In this document: in pieces, positions 9,532-18,896 of the stretch
Layout: every line of letters starts with the position of its first letter
Numbering within the stretch: position 1 is the stretch's first letter
From: a virus
Taxonomy: Duplodnaviria > Caudoviricetes
Virus record (IMG/VR): IMGVR_UViG_3300006056_000001
Coordinates: 125,717 to 189,716 of that record
Reading direction: 5' to 3' (one strand)
Length of the DNA stretch: 64,000 bases
Translations under genes and position numbers: made by a program
The notes under the pieces: model-generated
Seen by the model: only the letters and a program-made list of their open reading frames with translations
Database searches by the model: none
What the model was told of the DNA's origin: nothing

Positions 9532-11180
9532 TGATTCTTCCAAAGTTGGAAATATTTGGCCTGACTAAGGCTCAAGAAGAAGCTATTTTTGCTTGTCTAT
9601 TATCGGGAGAACCATGTCTATTAATGGGACCTCCTGGAACTGCAAAGACTGAAATCATTGCAGCTATAGGTGCGGCCCTTAGAGAGGATTCCAAGAATGA
9701 GAATCCTTCTGATCCTTCTAAGTGGTTCTCTTATCAGATATATGATGCTTCTAAGTTGAACTTCGAGGACCTTACTGGCTTCCCTAACATAGAGAAGCTT
9801 AAGCAAGGCTCTATAGAATATATTTCTTCTCCTAGTTCTATTTGGAATAAACATCTTATTGCTTTTGATGAGCTTAATAGATGTGCAGAAGACAGACAGG
9901 GTAACCTGTTAGAGATCATCCGCAGCAGAAAGCTTTGCGGTGTTCCTACAGGTAACAAGTTTGTATTCTCTACTATTAATCCTTTTGGAGATGCAGGAAC
10001 TGTCGAGATGGCAGATCCTCTAGTAGATAGAAATCTATTCTTTATTAAATTTGACAAGTTTGAGGAGATGAACTCCAACAACCGCACGAAGGTAATGCTA
10101 CGTGCTGGTTCTGTTGATGGTGTAGGTCTCAAGTATTGGGGTGGACAGACTGGTAAGTTTGATACCAGCGACTATATAGACCCTAAGACTGGTAGAGCAG
10201 CATATATTAATGAGTCTTTGGCCGCTATTGGTAAACAAATTAGAGAGAAGATGACTCAGGCTGAAGAGTATTATAGAAAGCTGAGTGCAAGCTCTTCTAA
10301 AGCCATAGCTAGCCTTATTGACAAGGTTGTCGCTGCATTTAAGACAGAGTTTGACAAGGAACAGGAGTCTGTTAAGAAGGAAGTTAGCCTCAGTGGTAGA
10401 CGCTGTGGCTTCGTTCTAAGAGGCATCCTCGCTATTAGAGCTATTCAGTTAGCTTCTAAGGAAGAGAATGAAAACTTAGAAGACTTCTCTGTTGTTATTG
10501 CTAATGCTATGAAGCTTGCACTACCAATTGGTATTGGTGGTAAGGCAAACAAGCAGATTATTGATAGAGCCAACGTCAAGCTAGAAGAGACAGTAAAGAC
10601 TTACTGGCCAACTATTAAGAAGATGGAGAACGGCGAAGATATCAATCTAATTGCTGAAGCTCTAAATAATAACAATCCTATTAGAATGTTAGACGTACTG
10701 CTATCTTTAGACATGCCTATGGCTACTAAGGACGCTATTCTTGGTTCTCTAACTGCTAAAGAGAAGTACAAGATTAACAACGGTACTAACGAAAATCTAT
10801 TTAATTTTACTCAAGCATTGCTTTATGCTTTGAATCGTCAGATTCCTGGCTTTATTCCTAACCATATTAAGATCAATTGTACTGCAGCAGAGGCAGATGC
10901 AGCTTCTCAAGTAAAGAAGATACCTCTTGATCATCTAACTCCATATGAAGATTTCATTGTAGCTATGATGAAAGAGTATAACAATAATCCTATTATTAAT
11001 TTAGGTATCCGTGGTGCACTACACTACATGATACCTAATAAGACATTAACTGAAGCAGATATTATTAAGAATCTTGTCGACATGAAGAAAATGTTAGCAA
11101 GTATTTACGCAAAGATCAATGTTCATTCTAATGGAAATACTAGTACTACACCTACCAAAGATACAAAAGAAGGAAGTTAA
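9531..11180 (+). CDS. MoxR-family AAA+ ATPase
   Basis: Walker A GPPGTAKT, EDLTG, Walker B FDELNR, STINP, LVDR, sensor-2 LSGRR. Confidence 0.88.
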   Translation: MILPKLEIFGLTKAQEEAIFACLLSGEPCLLMGPPGTAKTEIIAAIGAALREDSKNENPSDPSKWFSYQIYDASKLNFEDLTGFPNIEKLKQGSIEYISSPSSIWNKHLIAFDELNRCAEDRQGNLLEIIRSRKLCGVPTGNKFVFSTINPFGDAGTVEMADPLVDRNLFFIKFDKFEEMNSNNRTKVMLRAGSVDGVGLKYWGGQTGKFDTSDYIDPKTGRAAYINESLAAIGKQIREKMTQAEEYYRKLSASSSKAIASLIDKVVAAFKTEFDKEQESVKKEVSLSGRRCGFVLRGILAIRAIQLASKEENENLEDFSVVIANAMKLALPIGIGGKANKQIIDRANVKLEETVKTYWPTIKKMENGEDINLIAEALNNNNPIRMLDVLLSLDMPMATKDAILGSLTAKEKYKINNGTNENLFNFTQALLYALNRQIPGFIPNHIKINCTAAEADAASQVKKIPLDHLTPYEDFIVAMMKEYNNNPIINLGIRGALHYMIPNKTLTEADIIKNLVDMKKMLASIYAKINVHSNGNTSTTPTKDTKEGS

Positions 11181-12483
11181 GAAGCTCTACGAACTTTTTG
11201 AACCCGATCCTCTTCCTGATGCTTTAAAGAAGTATCGGGGAGAGGAGTGTATTCTTCTTTCTACAACAGAAGAAACCTATCCTTTTTCTTTAAAACCAGA
11301 ACATGTAGATTCTTTATATAACATTTTATCTTTTAATGATACTACTTTTTTATTAGGACAATCAAATATATTACATGTTAAAAATAAGAAATTATTTAAA
11401 GCACTTTGTGAGATACCTAAGCTAAATTATTTCTTAGAAGAAATAGAAAATAGATCTTTAATGTTCTATTGTAAGGAAGATCATCTTAAAGATTTTAATT
11501 TAACTTTTAATGTTAGAACTAATTATTCCTCAATTATATTTTTGAATAGTTCTGAACATCAAAATGAAGCAGACTATGGAGACTATACTTCTTTACAAGG
11601 TCTTAACTTTTATTTGACAAAAGTAAGAGATAAAAATCTTACTTCAAACTTGTTGCCTGCATATCTTTCTATATTTGAAAAGAAATATAAGTCTCAGTTT
11701 ACAGGCATCATTAATTTTGATCCTATTTCTATAGTAGGTCCACATATTAATTTCTCTTATTATATACCTAGTACATTAGGTTATGATAAGAACATGGACT
11801 TTTACCATCGAGTCTTCGAATCTATTAAGGAAATAGATTTAAAAGATTCAGGTTATACTAAGAGTGCTTCTTTAGCTAAGCCTATAAGTATAAATAAAAG
11901 AGTAATGGCTCTATATAATTACTTTTTAACTACTAAAGCTAAGCAAGATATTGATGCTATATTTGGTAAGAATCCAATTATTGATTCTAATAATCAATAT
12001 TCAGATAAGTATCGTTGTTTTTCTTATCCTACTAAGACTACTCCAGATCCTATAGCCTTCTCTAATCTTAAGAGAGCTACCTTTACTAAAGATAATGAGC
12101 TGTCTACTGTACTTAATAAGTCTTTTATATTTGAAAAGTATTTAGCTAATATTACTAACTTTATTACTACAGATTCTCTTGAAAATACAGAGTTAATTAA
12201 TTTATTAATTTATGGTACTTATTTACATAATCTGAATTCTAATTCTCCACAATCCACTTTTCAAAGAGGTTACTGTGTAAGAATCAAGACAACAGATACA
12301 CAGACTTTATATTATAGTACTTGTACTATAACCCTTTCTACTGATTTTAAGAAACATTTACTAAGTAAATCTTCTTTATTTAATACAAACAGTGCTTTTG
12401 TTCCTATGTTTATTCCTGTTGTTACTACAACTCCTAAGAAGATGGCAAAGGAAAATTACTTAATAAAGAATATGGCTAAATAA
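11119..12483 (+). CDS. hypothetical protein (start uncertain)
   Basis: Long ORF with no recognised motif. Confidence 0.65.
   Translation: MFILMEILVLHLPKIQKKEVKKLYELFEPDPLPDALKKYRGEECILLSTTEETYPFSLKPEHVDSLYNILSFNDTTFLLGQSNILHVKNKKLFKALCEIPKLNYFLEEIENRSLMFYCKEDHLKDFNLTFNVRTNYSSIIFLNSSEHQNEADYGDYTSLQGLNFYLTKVRDKNLTSNLLPAYLSIFEKKYKSQFTGIINFDPISIVGPHINFSYYIPSTLGYDKNMDFYHRVFESIKEIDLKDSGYTKSASLAKPISINKRVMALYNYFLTTKAKQDIDAIFGKNPIIDSNNQYSDKYRCFSYPTKTTPDPIAFSNLKRATFTKDNELSTVLNKSFIFEKYLANITNFITTDSLENTELINLLIYGTYLHNLNSNSPQSTFQRGYCVRIKTTDTQTLYYSTCTITLSTDFKKHLLSKSSLFNTNSAFVPMFIPVVTTTPKKMAKENYLIKNMAK
11208..11260 (+). terminator. terminator-like hairpin inside the 5' end of the next ORF
   Basis: 17-bp stem TCCTCTTCCTGATGCTT/AAGTATCGGGGAGAGGA then a T-rich tract, 27 nt after the MoxR stop. 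Confidence 0.55.
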
Positions 12484-12484
12484 A

Positions 12485-12955
12485 ATGGAATTTAAGTCCA
12501 CGCCTTTGTTTAAAGATATTATAAAGGAACATTCTATAGACAAAAATATTTTACTACCTGCTAAAATCATGAATTATTTAGAGAGTATACTAGCTTCTGG
12601 TAACTACAAAGAAATATTAGATGGACTTAAAACACTACACGACAATAAAGATATTTATTATTTAGATCCTAATAATATAATAGTAAGTAGAATCTGTAGT
12701 GTTTTATTTCATTTATTATATTTTAACCCTGTAGAGCACATAAGTAAGATAACAACAGAAAGTATTAGAATTGTCTATAATAATCATATTACACATCATA
12801 TTGAATTAAAAGAAAGCTATGATGTATCTTATAATGAAAAAAATATAATAACTTATTTAAAGTTTAGAACTAAAGAAATAGAACTTTTGAAAAATATATT
12901 TATCTTTATAGTGCCTTCTCCTGAGGTTAAGAAAATAAAAATAGCATGGCTATAA
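12485..12955 (+). CDS. hypothetical protein
   Basis: ORF in operon. Confidence 0.6.
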   Translation: MEFKSTPLFKDIIKEHSIDKNILLPAKIMNYLESILASGNYKEILDGLKTLHDNKDIYYLDPNNIIVSRICSVLFHLLYFNPVEHISKITTESIRIVYNNHITHHIELKESYDVSYNEKNIITYLKFRTKEIELLKNIFIFIVPSPEVKKIKIAWL

Positions 12956-13479
12956 AAAATAAGATAGGAATAGATACATTTGACAAATCTATTAATGTAG
13001 ATCAATCTTTAAATATACCTTTACCAAAAGATTTATTAAAGGATGAAGACTTAGCTTTAGTAAAAGAAGCTTTCACAGTTGTCTCTAAGTATAGAACATC
13101 TAGCTGGATGGTAGATATTTCTCTATCTGAGATGCAAAGTGATTTAATTTACTTACAGTCTACTTTAGTATCAATTGCTTATAGCATGGGTCTTCTTGCT
13201 AATTTTTCTACTAATGCAGAAGAAAGATTAAAGATTGCCCGTGCCAAGGTACGTGTTAATGGTAAAGCTCTTAGACAGACACATGAGGACGTCGGAGATT
13301 CCGTTACAGTAACTTTAGATGACATTAAAGAGCTGTCGTATACCAAGACAGAAGATCTATGGACCAAAGCAGAGAACTGCAGGATAGCTTCTGAGTTTAT
13401 TAAATTTATTTATTTCGCTATAAGAGATCATGTATCTATGTTAGATAAAACAATACATAGGATACACAGAACAGAATGA
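12946..13479 (+). CDS. helical protein, weakly UvsY-like
   Basis: Long amphipathic helices in a replication context; function is inference only. Confidence 0.3.
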   Translation: MAIKNKIGIDTFDKSINVDQSLNIPLPKDLLKDEDLALVKEAFTVVSKYRTSSWMVDISLSEMQSDLIYLQSTLVSIAYSMGLLANFSTNAEERLKIARAKVRVNGKALRQTHEDVGDSVTVTLDDIKELSYTKTEDLWTKAENCRIASEFIKFIYFAIRDHVSMLDKTIHRIHRTE

Positions 13480-13823
13480 TTTTACAATTTTTTTGCAGAA
13501 TAGTTGAATGTATATCTAAGAATGAATATTTAATTGAAATTGATTTTGCTAATAAGACATCATTACCGATGTCTAATATTACAAGAAGAAGAGTCTATTG
13601 TTCTTTATCTTTACCTAAAGATCAAATAATTTTTGTATCTGAATCAAAGATAGATAATATAGACGATGTTAAAAAACTAACCATACTCAAGGCGTTTTCA
13701 TTAACTCCTTTAATACCTCAACAAGAGGAAAAATCTAAGCAGAATTTAGAAAACTCGCTTTTAGCGAGCAAAAAAGAGATGATAATGGATCCTACAAGTT
13801 TCCCATTACATGTCTTAAGCTAA
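13476..13823 (+). CDS. hypothetical protein
   Basis: ATGA overlap with the upstream gene. Confidence 0.6.
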   Translation: MILQFFCRIVECISKNEYLIEIDFANKTSLPMSNITRRRVYCSLSLPKDQIIFVSESKIDNIDDVKKLTILKAFSLTPLIPQQEEKSKQNLENSLLASKKEMIMDPTSFPLHVLS

Positions 13824-13844
13824 ATCTTTTCTTCCCATCCTACC

Positions 13845-13940
13845 ATGTCTACATTTCTCAGAGAGATAATATACCTAATTATAAGTGGTATATTTATGGC
13901 TTTTAGTCGTGCTGCCACTACTAGAGCCTATAGATTTTAA
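13845..13940 (+). CDS. 31-aa hydrophobic peptide (not in ORF track)
   Basis: MSTFLREIIYLIISGIFMAFSRAATTRAYRF ends 3 nt before the polymerase ATG. Confidence 0.35.
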   Translation: MSTFLREIIYLIISGIFMAFSRAATTRAYRF

Positions 13941-13943
13941 TCT

Positions 13944-15776
13944 ATGGAAAAGCTTGTATATACTATAATAAAAACTATAGAAGAATTTGACAATTTTATA
14001 TCTGTTTTATCTAATACATCAGAATATGTTTTTGATGCTGAGACTAATGGACTTGTTACCCATAACAAAGATTCAAAAATAGTAGGATTAGGCTTTTGTT
14101 TTAAAGAAGCCTGTGCAACTTATGTTCCTTTTAATGGGGACATACCTGTTGACCATATAGTAAAGTCCTTAATACCTATTTTTGAGAATGAGTCTATCAG
14201 AAAGATAGGACATAATGTAAAGTTTGACTGTAGAATTCTTGATAGGTATTCTATAAAAGTAAGAAATATTTACTTTGACACGATGGTTGCTGCTTATTGT
14301 TTGTTTGGTGATAGGTTTCCTAGAAACCTTGATGACCTAACATTACAATTCAAAAACCATATAAAAATAAGAACTAAAACATTAATACCTAAGAAGTCAA
14401 AAAAGAATCAAAATCCTAGTATGTTCGATAGTAGTATCGAGCAGGTAGGAATATATTGTTGTGAAGACGTTGATTATACTTTTAGGCTATACAAGCTTTT
14501 CCACTCTCTACTTAATTTAGACCAATATACATATGCTAAGAAGTTATTTTATGAAATAGATATGCCATTAGTAGATGTACTTATTAAGATGGAATGTAAT
14601 GGAACTAATGTATCTACTGATAAGTTAGAAGCTATTAGACAAAAGATATCTGTTAAGATAGAAACTATACAAAAAGAAGTTAATGAGTTAGCTGGTAAAG
14701 AGATTGTTCTTACTAAGCCATCAGATATAGCAGATCTTTTATTTGTTAATTTAAAACTACATAAGAAAAATAGAAAAATAGTAACGACTACTTCTACTGG
14801 TCAGTTTTCTACTGACGCAGCTACCTTAGAACTTTTTAAGGGTGAGCCTATAGTAGATAAAATATTAGAATATAAATTATTGACTAAGATAATGTCTACA
14901 TATGTTGTAGGATTAACTGAACATATAAGCGATTACACTGGACTAATTCATACTTTCTATGGCCAGACTTCTACATCTACAGGAAGATTTAATAGTAGCT
15001 CTCCTAATCTCCAGCAACTACCTTCTAGAAAACAAGAAGGCAAAGAGATAAGAGAAGCATTTACCTCTAGGTTTCCAGGAGGTAAGATCTTAGCTGTTGA
15101 CTATAGTCAGGCTGAGCTAAGAATTCTGGCTCATATGGGCCAAGAAGCTGTCTTTATTAAAGCTTATAAGGAAGAAGTAGATGTCCATACTGCAGTAGCA
15201 AGTGAGGTAGTATATGAAGTACCTAAGGATCAGGTTACTGCTTCTCAGAGAACTGTAGTTAAGACTATTAACTTTGGATTGCTATATGGAATGCGAGCTA
15301 AGAAATTAGCTAAGACATTAAATATTTCTTTACAAGAAGCTATGCAAATTATGGACAAGTATATGCAGAAGATGTCCGGCTTAAAGAAGTTTCTTGACAA
15401 TGCTAGAGAGTTCTTGTCTTTATATGGATATACAGAAAATTTCTTTGGTAGACGAAGATATATTCCTAAGATTTATTCTGCTGATCAAATAGAACAGTGG
15501 TCTGCCGAAAGAGAAGGGGCTAATAATATTATTCAATCTACTAATGCAGATATTATTAAGAAAGCTATGATAGGAATACAAGCAATGTTAGAAGCAAATA
15601 ACTATAAAACAAAAATGATTATGCAGGTACATGATGAACTTGTATTCGATGTTCCTGCTGAAGAAATAGATCTAGTAAAAGACAAGATCGTCAATATTAT
15701 GCAAAGCGTAGTTAGCTTTGATATCTTGATGAAAGCCGAAGCTAAATACGGAGATAATTGGGCACACGCGCACTAA
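13944..15776 (+). CDS. polA: family A DNA polymerase (3'-5' exonuclease plus polymerase; no 5'-3' exonuclease)
   Basis: Exo I FDAET, Exo II HNVKFD, Exo III YCCED; TGRFNSSSPNLQQLP, DYSQAELRILAH, KTINFGLLYG, QVHDELV. Confidence 0.96.
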   Translation: MEKLVYTIIKTIEEFDNFISVLSNTSEYVFDAETNGLVTHNKDSKIVGLGFCFKEACATYVPFNGDIPVDHIVKSLIPIFENESIRKIGHNVKFDCRILDRYSIKVRNIYFDTMVAAYCLFGDRFPRNLDDLTLQFKNHIKIRTKTLIPKKSKKNQNPSMFDSSIEQVGIYCCEDVDYTFRLYKLFHSLLNLDQYTYAKKLFYEIDMPLVDVLIKMECNGTNVSTDKLEAIRQKISVKIETIQKEVNELAGKEIVLTKPSDIADLLFVNLKLHKKNRKIVTTTSTGQFSTDAATLELFKGEPIVDKILEYKLLTKIMSTYVVGLTEHISDYTGLIHTFYGQTSTSTGRFNSSSPNLQQLPSRKQEGKEIREAFTSRFPGGKILAVDYSQAELRILAHMGQEAVFIKAYKEEVDVHTAVASEVVYEVPKDQVTASQRTVVKTINFGLLYGMRAKKLAKTLNISLQEAMQIMDKYMQKMSGLKKFLDNAREFLSLYGYTENFFGRRRYIPKIYSADQIEQWSAEREGANNIIQSTNADIIKKAMIGIQAMLEANNYKTKMIMQVHDELVFDVPAEEIDLVKDKIVNIMQSVVSFDILMKAEAKYGDNWAHAH

Positions 15777-15777
15777 T

Positions 15778-16470
15778 ATGGTTACAATAGCAGCTATATC
15801 TGATACACATAATTTACATAACACTCTTAACATACCTGAGTGTGATATTTTAATACACGCAGGAGATGCCACAGGCAAAGGAACTTATAAAGAGTGTATA
15901 GATTTTTTGCTATGGATGTCTTCTCAGACCCAATGTAAGCATAAGATTTTTGTACCAGGTAATCATGATTTCTTATTCCAAGGTGAGTTTAGAGAGCATG
16001 TTCCTGGTACAGTAAATGTATTAATAGATCAAGCTATTACAGTACAAGGAATAAAGATATATGGTACTCCATGGCAGCCTTTCTTTTATGATTGGGCTTT
16101 CAATGGCCTTGAGAAGAGATTAGGATATGAATATAACTATAAAGGTGGCCCAGGTCCATGCTCACCAGATCATTTACACCCTTTATTAAGTAGTAAATTC
16201 TCTTTAATTCCTGACGATACTAATATAATTATATGCCATGGGCCGCCCAGGGTAGGCAAGCTAGATTTAGTAGCTAGAACTCAAGAGCATGTAGGTTCAG
16301 TAGAACTAATGAAAGCAATAAAAAGACTACCTAATTTCCTGGCTGGGTTCTATGGTCATATACATTCCGGATATGGAAAGGTAGTTGATGGCAAAGCTAC
16401 TCATTATAACGTTTCTATTTGTGATGAGTCTTATGTTCCTAGAAACCCAATCACTTTAGTTACTATATAA
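15778..16470 (+). CDS. metallophosphoesterase
   Basis: ISDTH, HAGD, PGNHD, HGPP, GHIH. Confidence 0.9.
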   Translation: MVTIAAISDTHNLHNTLNIPECDILIHAGDATGKGTYKECIDFLLWMSSQTQCKHKIFVPGNHDFLFQGEFREHVPGTVNVLIDQAITVQGIKIYGTPWQPFFYDWAFNGLEKRLGYEYNYKGGPGPCSPDHLHPLLSSKFSLIPDDTNIIICHGPPRVGKLDLVARTQEHVGSVELMKAIKRLPNFLAGFYGHIHSGYGKVVDGKATHYNVSICDESYVPRNPITLVTI

Positions 16471-16474
16471 TTAT

Positions 16475-16708
16475 ATGGATCTTGAAAAAGAAATTTTTGA
16501 GTTAAAAAGAAATCCTGTTAAAGGTGCATATGTTTGGGTTATTAAAGTAGATAATATAGCTATTAAGATAGGTAAAAAAACGGTATGGTCTAAGATAGGA
16601 CATGCAAAGAGTGCCCTTAGACATCGTTTTTATTATAATCGTGGAACAGTTTATGATGATTTGATTGCTTCTGGCCGAATAGAATTTGTACCAATCTCAA
16701 TAGAATGA
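16475..16708 (+). CDS. hypothetical protein
   Basis: ORF in operon. Confidence 0.6.
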   Translation: MDLEKEIFELKRNPVKGAYVWVIKVDNIAIKIGKKTVWSKIGHAKSALRHRFYYNRGTVYDDLIASGRIEFVPISIE

Positions 16709-17295
16709 TCTTCTTCACTAGCGACAATCATTTCGGACATTTTAATGTTATCAAATATTGTAATCGTCCTTTTACAGGACTAGATGAGATGCATAATATT
16801 ATGATTAATAACTGGAATAAAAAAGTAGGTCCTAAGGATACTGTATATCACTTAGGTGATTTATTTTTATCTAATGACCTAGGTTTTATAGATAGTATAT
16901 TAGGTTCTTTAAATGGAAATATCATATTACTACCTGGCAATCATGATAAGTGGATTCATAAGTATGAACGCTTATATAATACTTCTAATCTTTTAATAGG
17001 CCCAGACCTTAAGGAGATGAAGTTTCAATTAGGAAACGATTCTATTTCTGTTACTATGTGTCACTATCCTATGCTTAGATGGAACAAGGCCCATTATGGG
17101 GCCATTAATCTACATGGTCACTCCCATGGTGGGCTAGATGAATATAATAAAGCTCAAGAGTATATAAGATATGATGTAGGAGTAGACTCTAATAATTTTA
17201 CTCCTATAACCTTCGAAGAGATTTGCAGGTTCAACCGAGAAAAGATTGAGAAGTTTCAATCTGGACAGGAATTCGATCATCATAAGGAAATATGA
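16705..17295 (+). CDS. calcineurin-like phosphoesterase
   Basis: FTSDNHFGH, HLGD, GNHD, HYP, LHGHSH, DVGVD. Confidence 0.9.
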   Translation: MIFFTSDNHFGHFNVIKYCNRPFTGLDEMHNIMINNWNKKVGPKDTVYHLGDLFLSNDLGFIDSILGSLNGNIILLPGNHDKWIHKYERLYNTSNLLIGPDLKEMKFQLGNDSISVTMCHYPMLRWNKAHYGAINLHGHSHGGLDEYNKAQEYIRYDVGVDSNNFTPITFEEICRFNREKIEKFQSGQEFDHHKEI

Positions 17296-18598
17296 AAGAA
17301 GAAATTAGAAAGATAGAAACAAAATATTATCAACACATTGATAATGGAGGCATAAATATAGACATTGACAGTGAGATAGCCTTTAGAAAAGAAGAACCAC
17401 ATTGTTTATATGGCACTTCTATCTCTGTTACTATGGCGTATCATGGATACCCATCTATTAGTATTACATTAAACTTAGGCTCAGACGGGGACTTAAAGAC
17501 AATTATTGATACTCTTACTGAGCATTATTACAAAGTTCAAGCTCAACTTACTGGCGACCAGCGCCCTAGATTACCTAATCTATGAGTCATTACGATAGTT
17601 GTAAAGATCCCGATCAAGCATATAAAGATAAGATGAAGTTCAAGCCTTCTAAAGCTACTAAGAAATATATGAAACAAGCACTCAAAAATAAAACAGCAAT
17701 ATTAACTACTTCTAAAACTAAGAAGTCAAAAAAGAAACTAACTACAAAACAATTAGCTAAACTACATAAAGAAGAAGCCTTAAAAGAAATTACCAAATTA
17801 TTTAATAACTTAATTAAAGAAAGGTTAGATGTTCTTTATAAGGTTACTACTGAAGAATTAGATCTTCTTATGCATTATGAGCCTAGAGATTTAGCAGAAA
17901 CTATATTTCAAACAATATACACAAGATGATTCAAACTCTAGCTGACGTTCCTGTTAATACTATGGTTAAAGTATATAAAAATAATATTAGATTTTATACT
18001 GTTATATCTCAACCAAGTACTCTTAGAGCTAATGTTTCCTATTGGAAAGATGGAGAATTGTGTTATGGATTTCTTTGGAGCGGTACTTATATATTAGATA
18101 AAGATTTTATAATTTTAGGTACTAATAAAATAATAGAAGTATGAGTACTATTATTAATTCTTTAGATAAATTACCCATGAATACTATTGTCCAATTCTTA
18201 CCTTATTCTATACACTATACTTTAGTTAAAAAAGATGATGTTAAAATTTATACTGTTTATTGGGATAAATTAGGAAATATTCATAATGGATTTTTTTGGA
18301 GGAACTCTTCTTCTAAAGAATATAGAATTAAAGTAATAGGTTTAAATAAAATAATAGAAGTATGAACGACATAATAACAATTCATTTAAAAGATCCAGAT
18401 GGCTTTTCAGAAGCTATAAGACTTGCTGTTGAAGACAGTGTTTCATCTTTTACTAAGGATGAACAAAAAGTTTTATCAGAAATTAGAACAGAAAAATTAG
18501 AAGAAGAGCTAAAGCCTTGGGTAGAGTATAATGAATATATAACTCTACAGTATGATCGTAAAAATAAAACATTAACTGTAGTAAAAAGAAATGAGTAG
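17292..18598 (+). other. five small coupled hypothetical ORFs (17292-17585, 17582-17929, 17926-18144, 18141-18365, 18362-18598)
   Basis: Consecutive ATGA overlaps; 17926 and 18141 are paralogs. Confidence 0.65.
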
Positions 18599-18896
18599 AG
18601 ACACAGGAGATAAACTAGAAGATAAAGTCTCTGAAGATCTTAAGTTAAATAAAACTACTAACTCTGGGGCTAAGTGGGACAATGCTGATCTCACTAATAA
18701 AAAACTTATAGTAGAATGTAAAGTTAAGTCTAAAGAAGGATTTCAGCCTTGTAAATTAGAAATCAAGAAATTGATATCTCAGGCCCAGAAACATTCCAAG
18801 GAATGGATCTACATTCAACAAACCCAGTCTGGTACTTATGTAGTACTTGACTATGACTTCTTTTTAGAATTGTATGGCGACCAAGAAAAAGGCTAG
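18591..18896 (+). CDS. small PD-(D/E)XK nuclease, Holliday junction resolvase-like
   Basis: G..LE..V, SGA...AD, IVECK motif order. Confidence 0.7.
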   Translation: MSRDTGDKLEDKVSEDLKLNKTTNSGAKWDNADLTNKKLIVECKVKSKEGFQPCKLEIKKLISQAQKHSKEWIYIQQTQSGTYVVLDYDFFLELYGDQEKG

